The position numbers and the translations under genes were made by a program. Below the pieces are notes generated by a model. It was not told the DNA's origin, made no database searches, and saw only the letters and a program-made list of their open reading frames with translations. A DNA stretch of 64,000 bases from Octopus vulgaris. Taxonomy: Eukaryota. Where the stretch lies: assembly GCA_951406725.2 (NCBI GenBank), contig OX597834.1:7874001-7938000 (forward strand). Reading direction: 5' to 3'. Position 1 is the stretch's first letter. Every line of letters starts with the position of its first letter. This document shows positions 12,896-25,861 of the stretch, piece by piece.

Positions 12896-13109
12896 AATAA
12901 CAGTAACAGCAACAACAACAACAGCCAATAATAATTATAATAATTATAATCAACTATTACAAAATGTTTGCCTCCTTCTCACGGCAAGGATAATTAGGAA
13001 AGCTGAATAATTAGATAGCGGAAAAGAATTGAAAGCAGGTAATATGACCGCTACGCATGCAAAAATCCAGGCCCCCCCAACAAAACCGGTGATAAACAGA
13101 ATAAATAAG

Positions 13110-13300
<191 letters not shown>

Positions 13301-13354
13301 TATGACAACAGGTTCAATGTGAAAGAAGGAGCAAAAAACAACTATGACGATTTG

Positions 13355-13535
13355 AAGTGGCAAATGCTTCGCGGTATTTTGCTTGTCGCTACGTTCCGGG
13401 TTCAAATTCCGCCCAGATCGACTTTGCCTTTCATCCTTTTAGGATCGATTAAATTATCGATTACGCGTCGAGGCAATCGACTTACCTCACTCTCCCCAAA
13501 TTTCTGGCCTTGTGCATCTAGTAGAAAGGATCATT
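13355..13535 (+). mobile_element. SINE family B, older variant tail (B2), followed by (TAC)n
   Basis: gttcaaattccgcc..tcgactttgcctttcatcc body; ccccaaatttctggccttgtgc tail. Confidence 0.7.
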
Positions 13536-13540
13536 TGGAT

Positions 13541-13620
<80 letters not shown>

Positions 13621-14249
13621 TTATTTTAGTTATTGCTGTTGATGTTGTTCCGAAGGACATGTCTTACATAAGGATTAAGATAAATATTTATTATATTCGA
13701 TTCACATGAATGATTGATAAGGATTGATCTTTTTATGAGGATTGATATCAATCAACATTTTATCGCCTTTTTTTTTATTCCAACACAAAAAAAAAAGTGA
13801 TGGATGCGATATCCTAGATATTCTCAAAGGAATATTTGATAACCTAAATTTGTATTAGCGAAATAAAAAGCATTCGGTGTCATGTTTTTAGGAATCTTTG
13901 TTCATTCCTGCTCCATATCTTTCTTAAATCGATCCATAAATTGTGAAATAATATTTGTTTTCAGTATATAGTTTCTTTTAAGCTGGCTACGTGGTGGTGG
14001 GAATAAACTGTTCGAGATTGGTGGAAAAAAATCCTGTTTGGATCGACGGCTAGTGTGGATTATTCGCGACCGGAGCGAAATCGAAACAAATCAAACACTA
14101 CAGTTTTAAGTCTGTCATTGAACTGGATAAATAAATCTGTAGTTGTGTTTTCACGAATAATCCGTTGACCCAATTTCACTTAAGGACTGGATTTAAATTC
14201 GACGCTGGGTTGGAAACGCTTAGTGGCATCTACTTGTAATGTGATAGGT

Positions 14250-14445
14250 AATTTCTACTCTTCTCCTCGGGAAACCATCTGCTCGCGATACCAGGAGGCG
14301 TACGCTCTCCTACCCTGATGTCATCTTCAGGGATACAGGCATCAAGCAACAGGACCTCCGTAATGCTATGATGGACCGTGAAGTCTGGCGTAACATAGTA
14401 AATTCCATTGTCTCGACCCCGGTGGAACAGTGATGATTATGATGC
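14250..14445 (+). pseudogene. RTE-clade LINE 3' end
   Basis: Translates ..TLSYPDVIFRDTGIKQQDLRNAMMDREVWRNIV..* followed by a short (TGA)n tail, typical of RTE C-termini. Confidence 0.7.
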
Positions 14446-14706
14446 AATGTGGTCGAATAGATAACAATGATGTTATGGTATGTTGACCGAAAACAGGCCG
14501 ACAAAATTGGAAACCGAAACGCGACTGTTAACGTTTTGATTTACCTATCACTTATACGATCAGAGACATCCTGTCCTTTTTTTATTCCAAGGAAAGGCTA
14601 ACTCATCAGATTTGTTTCTTCTGGATTAGCAAAAAGATGGTAGTCTAGTAGGATCTATGGAACATATCATAGAATGTCTCTCGGTATATTTTATGCTATA
14701 TATATT

Positions 14707-14934
14707 GCTTTACTACCCACAAGGGGCTAAACACAGAGGGGACAAACAAGGACAGACAAGCGGATTAAGTCGATTATATCGACCCCAGTGCGTAACTGGT
14801 ACTTAATTTTTCGACCCAGAAAGGATGAAAGGCAAAGTCGATCTTGGCGGATTTTGAACTCTGAACGTAGCGGCAGACGAAATACGGCTACGCATTTTGC
14901 CCGGCGTGCTAACGATTCTGCCAGTCCGCCGCCT
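14707..14934 (-). mobile_element. SINE family B (B1), full-length monomer
   Basis: 18-bp TSD ttttatgctatatatatt (14689-14706 and 14935-14952); head ggcggcg..ctggcagaa; central ctttcatccttt..gggtcga block. Confidence 0.92.
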
Positions 14935-15441
14935 TTTTATGCTATATATATTTACGTTATAAGGTCAAATCCGACTGAAGTTAGCGCTTCCTTTCATTCA
15001 CTCTGGGTTAAGTATTTATCATACGCAAGAAAGGATTTAGTCATCTGACCCCCACCTACGATATGTGTGAACTTCTGTCGCAGAGACAAGGCATTAGACA
15101 TTCTCAAGTAAATATTTAAAATTTCTTGAAGATTAGTTTTAGTCTGGCTTCATTGTATATTATATATATATATATATATATATTGCTCATAATTTCTTCT
15201 AAAATAATCTCATTAGATTTCCGTCATTGTATTGCATCTTATTTTCATATTTAATCATACCTAGAAGGGTATTCTGTCTACAATTTGCTCTGATAGCATT
15301 AGACACTGTTTTTCTATTCACCGAATTACACATGTGCAAAACATATTGAAAATAGAAACCGTATTTGTATCCAACATATTGTCATCACATGTCATCCACA
15401 TGACCCCCTCTTCTCTCTCTCTCATTATATATATATATATT

Positions 15442-15605
15442 AATAGTAATAGTATGACAAGAAGAGAATGAATGCGACATCGATATTATGTAAATAGAGG
15501 AATGTATCTGTAATATAATATGTAACAATTATTCGGTTGCCATAATAAACATCCGAGTTTCGGATGTCGGGGCATAAAACTGCTCCGTCATCTCGTCAGA
15601 TATTA
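15442..15605 (-). mobile_element. PLE-like terminus with hammerhead-like motif
   Basis: Minus strand CTGACGA-gatgacggagca(gtttta)tgccccgacatc-c-GAAA-ctc; downstream ends in (TA)n near 15428-15441. Confidence 0.5.
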
Positions 15606-15639
15606 AGAAAAACAAAACGGCATTTTTGTTTTTGTCTTA

Positions 15640-16620
15640 ATGTTGAGATGGCTAAGATCATTCAGGCTTTCAGTAATGGTATCATCGTTCATTCTCTGGC
15701 TTTCATCTTCAAAGTCCATTCAGGAACCATCAAAAGAATTGTGAATAAGTTTGAGAGAGAGAGGAAATAGTTTAAAGGAAAACTGGATCGGTTTGTCATA
15801 ACCGCAAGAGGAAACATCATCTGGAGCCGAAGAGATCAATCAGAAGCGATGCAACTGAATCCATAAGATGCTTGGCACGACGAGAGGGGTTTCAGCTATG
15901 ATACTTTAAGGAGCAGTGATAGAAAACTTGAAAATGAAATTGTACGTGAGTCTTGTGAGGTGCCTCGTTACTCCAAGAAAAACGGTTAGAAGGCTGAAGA
16001 GGGTAACAATCGTCTTGATCAATGTGAAACGTAATCCTTTACTGGGATTTTACACACAAACAGACGCAAGAGCGGCGCTCTGTCTTCACAAGAGAACCCC
16101 CAAAATGTCGTTTTCTAGTGCAAAGATCTTGCCATGGTGATGGTTTGTTTGTTTGCGTGACCCCTGATGTCAAGAAGATGCTACTCATCGTTCTTGAGAA
16201 GGGTGAGAGATTAACAGGAATTTCCTAAAGAGAAAAGACCTGGATTATTTCTGAATATCCTGACGCAAAAGACGAGGAATACCTCAGGAAGATCTTTAAG
16301 AACTTCAAGTTTACATTCTTGCAACCACAAATGCAGTAGTTCAAAAATTTTCAAGGGATGAATTTAGGAATAGGTTTGGGAATAAGGACACTTGGCCCTC
16401 TTCATCACCTGATTTGAACCCGTTGGACTTCAGCATCTGGAATGAACTAACTAGAAAAGCTTGGGAAAATCCCCACTGTAACCTGAAAGCCCTAAACTGC
16501 CCCCATCCCTAGTCCGAAGAAGGAAGACATTGATGATGAATTCATTAAGAAAGCTTGTGGTGCAATCAGGAAGGGGATTGAGAAAGTCATTGCCAAAAGA
16601 GAAGCAATTCTTGATGCTTA
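15640..16620 (+). pseudogene. Decayed Tc1/mariner transposase (maT/DD37D-like)
   Basis: HTH-like IIQAFSNG..LAFIFKVHSGTIKRIVNKF; WPSSSPDLNPLDFSIW at 16393-16440; many frameshifts. Subfamily call rests on motif resemblance only. Confidence 0.8.
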
Positions 16621-17107
16621 TCTATTAGAATTTCGGTTAGATTTGTTTCTGGCCCTTTGAAATAAAGCTTTAAGCTTTCATTGAAACTTTAGTCCAGTCT
16701 CTTATGATCTCTCAATCCTAAAAATGTGGTTAATTAATTATGAAGATGTCATTTTCATCTATAATCAAATCCATCGTTATTATTCTGGTGAGCTTGAAAA
16801 GTAATCAACATTTTTTCTTCTTCAAAGTGGAGTCAAATAGTATTGGGAAAATCACTGATAAATCCACTAATATATCTTTCAGCATTTCTGGGACACAAAG
16901 GATCGAAATTGAATCTAAAATTTGAACAATGTTGCTAATACCCCAGATAATCCATCCATCCATCCACACATCCACCTATGCATCCATCCATACATACATA
17001 CGTACGTACAAACACACACACTCCCACACTTATATATACACGTGTATATGTATACATACACGTACACGCATACACACACACAGACACCCATCCACACACA
17101 CACACAT

Positions 17108-17206
<99 letters not shown>

Positions 17207-18520
17207 TATTCCTCTCTCCGCCCTCTCTCTGTCTAATAATGTACTTTATCGCAAATGAAAATACTTTAAGCAAAAGTTGTCTCTCATACGACTGAAAAAT
17301 TCAGACGAACGCAACAGAATAAGTAAGATGTCTCGGCCTTTATGCTTCTAATGTTTTCCATAGCAACATAATGCAAAGTATTGTTGGCTATGAATCAAAG
17401 ATAGGTCACCGATTCACTTTGCAGTCCAAAAGAACGGCAAACACAATGGAGGTGTACATAAACAAATGACACGGCTGAAAAATATATTCGTTATCGAACC
17501 CATTAGTTTTGTCAATCTTCTGTTATTGATCACTTACTCTGTAATATTTTTGTTATTGGATACTTTCGTTGTTTTAACACTTCAGAAAAGTGTATTTATA
17601 TGTGCGTCAAAGAAATGACGTATCTGATGCGGTGCTCTCATATAAGAGATAGTGCTATGTGAATTTGGCCTAGCAACCTTCTAGATATCATGTAATGTTG
17701 TGATGTCGTTGTTGTAGAATTTAAAACAAAGTTAATACAGGCGTTGTGTAATTAAAACTCCTTTTATTTCATTTATTGTTTTTAATGGATATTTAATCTT
17801 TTGCCAGAATTCCTCAACATTGATATTACACGGATTTCTAATGCGGTCCATAAAGGCACAAGAATGATTAACATAAGGAGGTGGTTAATTAAGCACAACC
17901 AATCTATTATCCGCGTGCCATTCATCTATTACCACTTTGCTTCATAAAGTAACGCGTAACTGAGTAATTGGCATTAATACCGCTGTCCCTTTATAATTTC
18001 CCTCCGTCAGGTAATCCTTATCTCTATTTATATAACACATTCCAAACACAAATACTACTGCAACAATACAAGCTTCATGAATTTTGCGTTTGACCATTAC
18101 GGATTGATTCAACTGTAGTCCTTCACTAGTATCCACCAGCAAATTCTCAACGTTAAGTAAATATCTGAAATATTTTATCTCTGAAGTACCATTGTATTGC
18201 AGTTGAACAACTCACTGCCAGGTCGAATGAGTTCACTAGTGTTTCTATGATCCATAATGGCATCAATATAATTAATTCAGAGGAGATAATATTGCCGACT
18301 TATTCCCTAGCTGCGAAATATATTGGGAACAGAATGTGGTGAAGAAATACATTCCGGGTCATAAACAGGCAGTGATTCACCCACCCCTGCATCCATCCAT
18401 CCATCCATCCATCTACCTATCCACCTATCCACTCATCCATTCATCCAGCCAGTCAGCCAGCCTCATAGCCAACCTACCAGCCTGCCTTTCAGCAAGCTAG
18501 CTTGCCAGCCAGACTACATA

Positions 18521-18709
18521 CCTATTTCTTTACTACCCACAAGGGGCTAAACACAGAGGGGACAAACAGGGATGGACATAGGTATTAAGTCGATTACATC
18601 GACCCCAGTGTGAAAGTGTTACTTAATTTATCGACCCCGAAAGGATGAAAGGCAAAGTCGACCTCGGCGAAATTTGAACTCACAACGTAACGGCAGACGA
18701 ATTACCGCA
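18521..18709 (-). mobile_element. SINE family B1, lacking the 5' head
   Basis: cctatttctttactacccacaagggg...ggcagacgaattaccgc; truncated close to the same internal site as the array junctions. Confidence 0.88.
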
Positions 18710-18749
18710 TACCAGCCAGCAAACATCTCTGTCCACTTATCCCTGACAT

Positions 18750-19010
18750 TGTCGTGGTGAGAGAGTACCTAGGCACCTCCTCCATCGGTTTCAGCCAGAA
18801 GTAACCGTCATTCCAGTTTCCAGCTCAATTCCCAGGCGTGACAAACTAAAACATTGGAATATTATCCAACCTTCTCAATCTTGGACTTCACCGAGGCCAT
18901 CTACCAATTGGTTCACTTGAAAGAATCCACCTACCGATTCCTTCCAGTGGTATTCTAATCACGTGACTGTAGTACCGGAATTACTTACTCTCAACGTGCA
19001 GAATTAGTGT
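18750..19010 (+). pseudogene. Possible highly decayed Gypsy RT N-terminal fragment
   Basis: Frame-shifted pieces NIIQPSQSWTSP, LVHLKESTYRF, NHVTV resemble Gypsy IIxPSxSPWxSP..LVxKKDGxxRF..LNxVT. Confidence 0.3.
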
Positions 19011-19550
19011 CACGATTTGGGGAGGATTTCTCATCTCCCCAAATTTCGAAAGACCTTGTCAACACACCAAATTTCGACACACCCTGTCTGATTTCGACAC
19101 ACTCTGTCGAAAAACTTTGCTCCAGAGGTGCTACGGAGGGACCCCCATTCCAGCCATTTCAGATGTGTCGGTTTTTTATTTTCGACTACATTGACTAATG
19201 AAGTTTCTAGATGTGTTAAACATAAAATCTTGAATAACGAAGGTTGAAATGAGTTTGATCTTAAGTTTGTAAATTTAGGGCCGACTGGAATCACATCAAC
19301 GCCATCACTAGCATCAGTATGGTTGTGGTCGTAACCAACAACACAGTCAACCTCACCACTACAATCATCATCATCATCATCATCATCGTCGTCGTCGTCG
19401 TCGTTGTCGTGGTCTTCTTCTTCTTCTTCTTCTTTATCATGACTCATCATCATCATCATCATCGTCATCGTCGTCTTCGTCGCGTCATCATACCCATCCA
19501 TCATCATCATCGTCATCATCGTCGTCATCGCCATCAGCATTGTTATTATC

Positions 19551-19778
19551 TATTTCTTTCCTGCCCCCAAGGGGCTAAACACAGAGGGGGATAAACAGGG
19601 ACAGACAAACGGATTAAGTCGATTATATCTACTCCAGTGCGTAACTGGTACTTAAATTATCGACCCTAAAAGGATCAAAAGCAAAGTCGACCTCGGCGGA
19701 ATTTGAACTCAGAACCTAGCGGTAGACGAAGCACTGCTGAGCGTTTCGCCCGGCGTGCTAACGTTTCTGCCAGCTCGT
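19551..19778 (-). mobile_element. SINE family B1
   Basis: 15-bp TSD agcattgt(t/c)attatc (19536-19550 and 19779-19793). Confidence 0.9.
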
Positions 19779-20364
19779 AGCATTGTCATTATCATCAACA
19801 CTTTCATCATTGTCATCAACAACATGAACAGCAACCATAGCAATACAAACGTCACAAATATGTGTTATAGTCTGATTACTAATTACGTATATGACTAGTA
19901 CTAAATTCAACTAGCTTGTGTGGAAGAGTCTCATAATCGGATAAGCTGTCTGTCGACAAAGCCCGGCTGACACTATCGTATTATTTATGAGCAGGAAATT
20001 ACTGCAGGGGAGATAACTTAGTAGCACAATTACCAATACGTTCCTAATATATCTTTCTTTCATCAAAGTAAAAATTTCTTTATTAATTTACAACACGAAG
20101 AAAATAAAAAATTATACCAGAGGAAGAAACGGCAAGGGAAGGAAAGAAAGAAAGAAAGAAAGGAGGAAAGGAGGAAAGAAAGAGAAGATAGAGAAAGTAA
20201 AATGTCATGCATTAAACTATACAGTTCTTATTGAAAAATATTAAAATATATCAAATGTTAACATTTTATTACTTTCAACAAGGGGGAAAAAATGATAAAT
20301 TATCTAATTTCAAGTAAAATAAAAGTTAAAAATTAGTATTTTAATTTATCGTTATCTTTCTTTA

Positions 20365-20605
20365 TTATTATCATCATCATCATCATCACCGTCATCGTCA
20401 TCATCATTATCATCAGCAGCACCATCATCATCATCATAAACATCATCATCATCATCGCCATCATCATCGTCATAAACATCATCATCATCGTCATCATCAA
20501 CACCATCATCACCGCCATCATCACCATCATCATCATCATCATCATCGTCGTCGTCGTCGTCGTCGTCATCATCATCATCAACATCATCACCATCATCATC
20601 ATCTA

Positions 20606-20644
<39 letters not shown>

Positions 20645-20724
20645 TATCATCATCATCATTATCATCATTATCATAATCATCATCATCGTCATCAACATCG
20701 TCATCATCATCATCATCATCATCG

Positions 20725-20759
<35 letters not shown>

Positions 20760-20792
20760 GTCGTCGTCGTCGTCGTCATCATCATCATCATT
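20365..20792. repeat. (CAT/CGT)n compound microsatellite
   Basis: Directly visible; source of the poly-D/M ORFs. Confidence 0.95.
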
Positions 20793-21179
20793 GTTGCTGT
20801 TGTCTTTTGCTGTTGTAATTATTACTATTCTTATTATTATCATCATTGGTGTTGTTGTTGTTGTTTTTGCTATTTGCCTTACCGTTCGTTTAATTAATGC
20901 TAGGCCAACTTATGTAACAAGTTTTAATGAAAATATACTGATAAAGTTCCAAATGTCAAAATGAAACACTTTTATGTCATCGCAGTGAGATGAATGGAAA
21001 TTATTAGTAGACTTCAGTACAGACTATATTCAGTGAAATATTTACTACTGAACGATACAACATAATGTTGAAGAACTTGTTTTCTTTTCGGATACATGCA
21101 AGGTTTTTATAAGAATGACCCTGGTAATGTCCTAACTAACAAAAGGATTCTGTATATGTATAGTTGTTGTGCTAAGAAT

Positions 21180-21773
21180 AGCTGGGAGAATCGTTAGCAC
21201 GTTGGGAGAAATGCTGAGCAGTATTTCGTCTGCCGCTACGTTCTGACTTCAAAATTCCGCCGAGGTCGTCTTTATCTTTCATCCTTTCGGGGGTCGATAA
21301 ATTAAGTACCAGTTATGTACTTGGGGCGAATTTAATCTACTTAATCCGTTTGTATGTACTTGTTTGTCCTCTCTGAGTTCAGCCCCTTGTGGGTAGTAAA
21401 GAAATAGGTATTTCGTTTGCCGTTACGTTCTGAGTTCAAATTCCGCCGAGGTCGACTTTGCCTTTCATCCTTTCGGGGTCGATAAATTAAGTACAAGTTA
21501 CGCCCTGAGGTCGATATATTTGACTTAATCCGTTTGTCTGTCCTTATTTGTATCTCTGTGTTTGGCCCCTTGTGGGTAGTAAAGAAATAGGTATTTCGTC
21601 TGCCTTACATTCTGAGTTCAAATTCCGCCGAGGTTGATTTTGTTTTTCATCCTTTCGAGGTCGATAAATTAAGTACCGGTTACGCACTGGGGTCGATGTA
21701 ATCGACTTAATCCGCTTGTCTGTCCTTGTTTGTCCCCTCTATGTTTAGCCCCTTGTGGGCAATAAAGAAATAA
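21180..21773 (+). mobile_element. SINE B concatemer: one head plus three ~184-bp bodies
   Basis: Units start with gtatttcgt at 21221, 21408 and 21591; junction gaaatag|gtatttcg. Confidence 0.92.
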
Positions 21774-22805
21774 GAATAACATCGACATCAACCTAAATCT
21801 CTCTCTTCTTTGATAGAGGGAAAAGTCGACGAACAATGCGGTTAATGATATATTTGCATATGTAGGGATGTGTGTGTGTGCGTGTGTTTGTGTGTGCGTG
21901 TGATTAGAGTTCTGCTCAGTCGATGGTGTTTTTGTTAGGCAAAAACAATAGTGTACGTTGAATGTACTACATCGTACCATTAAAACAATCGTTCATTTCA
22001 CAATGCTCCTTCTACCGTTAGATGCTCCGATTGAGGGGTTGAATGTGTTTACCACTGAGATTGAGCAATTAAAACAATGAGTTTAGAAAACACTGGCATT
22101 ACAGAACAACGAGTTTAGGCAATATTATATCAAACAACGTTGACTGCTTTTTCGGAGCTAAGACATTGACAAAAAAAAACCAAAAACATAATAGATGAAT
22201 AAAGAAAGAAATAAAGCGAAATACGGTGTTTTATATACATAACATCAAAGAGCTTATTCATCCAATATACTACAAAAGAACTGCTACAAAGACCGAACTC
22301 TCTCCCCACTGCGTTTTCTAAATCGGTTTGTGATTAATTTGTACTACGGTGATGCATCTCGTAACCTTCTCCACAAGAATTATTAGTAACGCTAGTAATT
22401 TTTCTTTTCATTTATGGTTGTAGACTAGGGTGACTAATTTTCTTTATTTACAGTCATTTTTTAGTTTCTCTGTTTTAGTTTTTTTGATGTCTCACTGCAT
22501 AAAGTATGTTAGCTGCCACTTAACTGTTATATGTATGTAATAACATTTAATGTTGTTGGAAAGTTATTGCGTTGTAAATCAAAGTTAATGAGAACATATG
22601 ACTTAGATAAAGATTATCATGCATTGAATCGCAGTGGAACCACACGTTCTCTGATATGAGTAAAGATATCTCGCAGTCATTGAATGTAGCAGCGGTACTT
22701 TGCCAAAAACAATCAAGATTAATTATACTGTGTACCAAACTGCAGATGATGTAATCTAAATAAACACATTTAGTCTCATTCCAAGAGAAAGGAGCAGCAA
22801 CACTA

Positions 22806-22872
<67 letters not shown>

Positions 22873-23004
22873 ATACTACTACTAATACTGCTACTGCTGC
22901 TGCTGCTGCTTCTGCTGTTGCTTGTAGAAATGATTCTTAATTATGATGTTCATAATGTTATTTTTGCTAGAATATTAGAAATACTGGTAGTCGCCCGTGG
23001 TATA

Positions 23005-23606
23005 GAATGAGGAGGAGGAGAAGGAAGAGAAGAAGAATGAGAAAGAGGTGGTGGAGAAGGGAGAGGAAGCAGAAGAAGAAGAAGAAGAAGAAGAAGAAGA
23101 AGAAGAAGAAGAAGAAGGAGGAGAAGAAGGAGGAGAAGAAGAAGAAGTAGAAGAATAAGAAGTGAAAGAAGAAGAAGAAGAAGAAGAAGAGGAAGGAGGA
23201 GGAGAAGAAGACGAAGAAGAAGAAGAAGAAGAAGAAGAAGAAGAAGAAGAATGAGAAGAAGAAGAAGGAGGAGTAGAAGAAGTAGAAGAAGTAGAAGAAT
23301 GAGAGAAGTAGAAGAATGAGAAGAAGAAGAAGAAGAAGAAGAAGAAGGAGAAGAAGAAGAAGGAGGAGAAGAAGAAGGAGGAGAAGAAGAAGGAGGAGAA
23401 GAAGAAGGAGGAGAAGTAGAAGTAGAAGAAGAAGTAGAAAAAGAAGAAAAAGAGTAGTAGAAGAAGAAGTAGAAGTAGAAGAAGAAGAGAAAGTAGAAGA
23501 AGAAGAAGTAGAAGAAGAAGAAGCAGTAGAAGAAGAAGCAGTAGAAGAAGAAGAAGAAGAAGAAGAAGAAGAAGAAGAAGAAGAAGAAGAAGAAGAAGAA
23601 GAAGAA
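23005..23606. repeat. (GAA/GGA)n purine-rich microsatellite
   Basis: Directly visible; a (TAC)n tract also lies at about 22806-22885. Confidence 0.95.
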
Positions 23607-24411
23607 GGCAAACCGGAGTTGTAGAAAAAGTTACTGTACCCGTGTAATTTTCTCTATCCAGCTACCTATATATATATATATACTCACCTATCAAAATACT
23701 TAATTGTCAATCCCATTTTTATTTGCCTACCCATCTGCATACATGTCTATATACCTGTCTGCCGATGTATGCATATTTTTCAATATATACATTTTTACGG
23801 TCCATTTTATCCAGCTACTGTTCTATCCATCTACCTATTTCTGATGTAGCTAACAAAGTTTCTATCTACCTGAAGTCTCTATCAAAATTCAAACTTGTAT
23901 ATTTAAACTCCTATTAATCTACCTACTGGCACGCACACCTATCTGCCTAACTACCAAAGTTTAGTAAGTTACGAAACTATATATACAATCACGTACATAT
24001 ACAGGTATATACACATGCCATGTTCATTGTTACAGCCGGACAAAGAGTGACCATTGGTTTCACAACTATAAAGCCCATAGACATATAGATAACTCGTCAA
24101 ACTGAAATAGCTGTAGGCACATAATCTCTCTACAACTGGACATGACATGACATATATCATATGATATATATATATATCATAAGGACATGATATATATCAT
24201 ATGATATATATATATATATCATATAACCTCCTGAGCTCGCGACATCTCTATCAATTCCTCTAACTGTCTTCTACCTATACCTTCCTATCGGTAGGCAAAG
24301 CAAAGTATCTAGCCATCCTCATATATATCAAACTATAAACTCCCCCCCCAAATAAACAAAAATATAAAAAATATAAAGATCGAAAGAAATCAATAATACA
24401 AGCATATATCT

Positions 24412-24466
<55 letters not shown>

Positions 24467-24567
24467 TTCAGCAACAATTTAGATTCAAATGAATATGGCA
24501 CTTAATTTAGATGCACCAGAATTTTTTATGGTGTTACCCATAAAAATATGCGGAGTGATTATAATCC

Positions 24568-24628
24568 AAAAATAAGCAACAAGAATGAATACGGTAAATT
24601 ACCGGATTCATTCTTGTTGCTTATTTTT
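24568..24628. repeat. Near-perfect palindrome made of two H3-type termini
   Basis: aaaataagcaacaagaatgaat-acggtaa-a-ttaccgg-attcattcttgttgcttatttt. Confidence 0.85.
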
Positions 24629-24631
24629 TGA

Positions 24632-24695
<64 letters not shown>

Positions 24696-24697
<2 letters not shown>

Positions 24698-24915
24698 GTT
24701 AATCGAAACATGAAAGCACAAATAAAACAACAACGCGAGGACGTGAAACAAATATAGTATTATTGGACGCTCAGGAAAGAAGGAAAGAAGGAGGGTTTAA
24801 CGTTTCGAGCGGAGCTCTTCGTCGGAAATATAGGAGAAGGAAAGATCCAGAGAAGGGAAGACAGAGGAAAAAATAGCCAACGGTACACACGAGGTTGCAT
24901 TTTGACTGACGTTCA
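24696..24915 (-). mobile_element. Family H1 copy with hammerhead-like motif at 24795-24828
   Basis: Reverse complement tttccgacgaagagctccgctcgaaacgttaaac, identical to 494-527. Confidence 0.72.
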
Positions 24916-25530
24916 ATTATAATTGAATAAAAAATGAGACCACCAACGAGCGAAAACATGTAAACACAAGAGAGACCAATGTAGGAAAAATATTTTTAAA
25001 AATACGCAATCTCTTATCCTCTCTCTTGTCCTCCTTTCCCTCTGCTTGGTTGCTCACGTGACTACAAGCCATTTCTCTCATCTCTGTCTTTTCCGGACAC
25101 AAACTCTACTTAACTGGAGGCAGTTTTTCTACGCTACTGATATATTTTATTCTTCTGCTATTTTCTTCTCTTCTATACTATATCCTTCCAAATTTTTACC
25201 CCTTGCAGTACGTGTTGGCCTAACGGCCCTTACTGTTTGCTTTTGTTGATTGTTTACTTTGTACGTCCACTATGCTGCTGTTTGTTTATTCGAAGCCTTA
25301 ACTTTCCATAAATTATATATTTAAAAAATTCTGGGTGGTGCTGTCTCATGAGGTTTTCTATCTTGTCATTGAAAGCTCGAAATGGAGCGTAATTAAAAGT
25401 CCACAACTTTGGAGTAGTTATACTTCTTTTGGTATTGTCTGGTGTACTTGTCTCTCGTTATGTGTTTGGTAATTAGTATAAGTTAAGATAAGTACATTTA
25501 TTCAATTATTTTTTTTTATCATTCGTTATA

Positions 25531-25653
25531 TTAGACCTGATGAGTAACTATATTTTTAAATAGAATTAAGTTTCGTTCGATTTAATTTTAAATCGAATAG
25601 ATTTTATCATTATTATCTCTTTGAAAATATAGCCACGAAACGTGCGTAGTATT
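25531..25653 (+). ncRNA. Hammerhead-like motif with long stem II in a (TA)n-terminated PLE-like 3' end (about 25050-25810)
   Basis: CTGATGA at 25537-25543; gtaactatattttt pairs with gaaaatatagccac; GAAAC-gtgc-GTA at 25637-25648. Confidence 0.55.
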
Positions 25654-25805
25654 TTTACTACTGCTATTATTTATTATTTATCGTACTTTATTAATTTTTA
25701 GAATAACGTTTTTTATAGTATATGTTTTTTTTTGTAGTATATGTTTTCTGTATTGTGTGAATAACATCTTTCTTAATTGAATTGTTTAATAGAGGTTTTT
25801 TCTCT

Positions 25806-25861
<56 letters not shown>

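Noticed and set aside
14490-14530. aacag..ccgacaa..gaaacgcga-ctgtt hammerhead-like remnant
   Set aside because: Core and cleavage triplet are non-canonical; could be chance.
17942-18142. 66-aa minus-strand ORF (also 22547-22738 and 47836-48108) as host exons
   Set aside because: No recognisable domain, no convincing splice-site pair, and lengths expected by chance.
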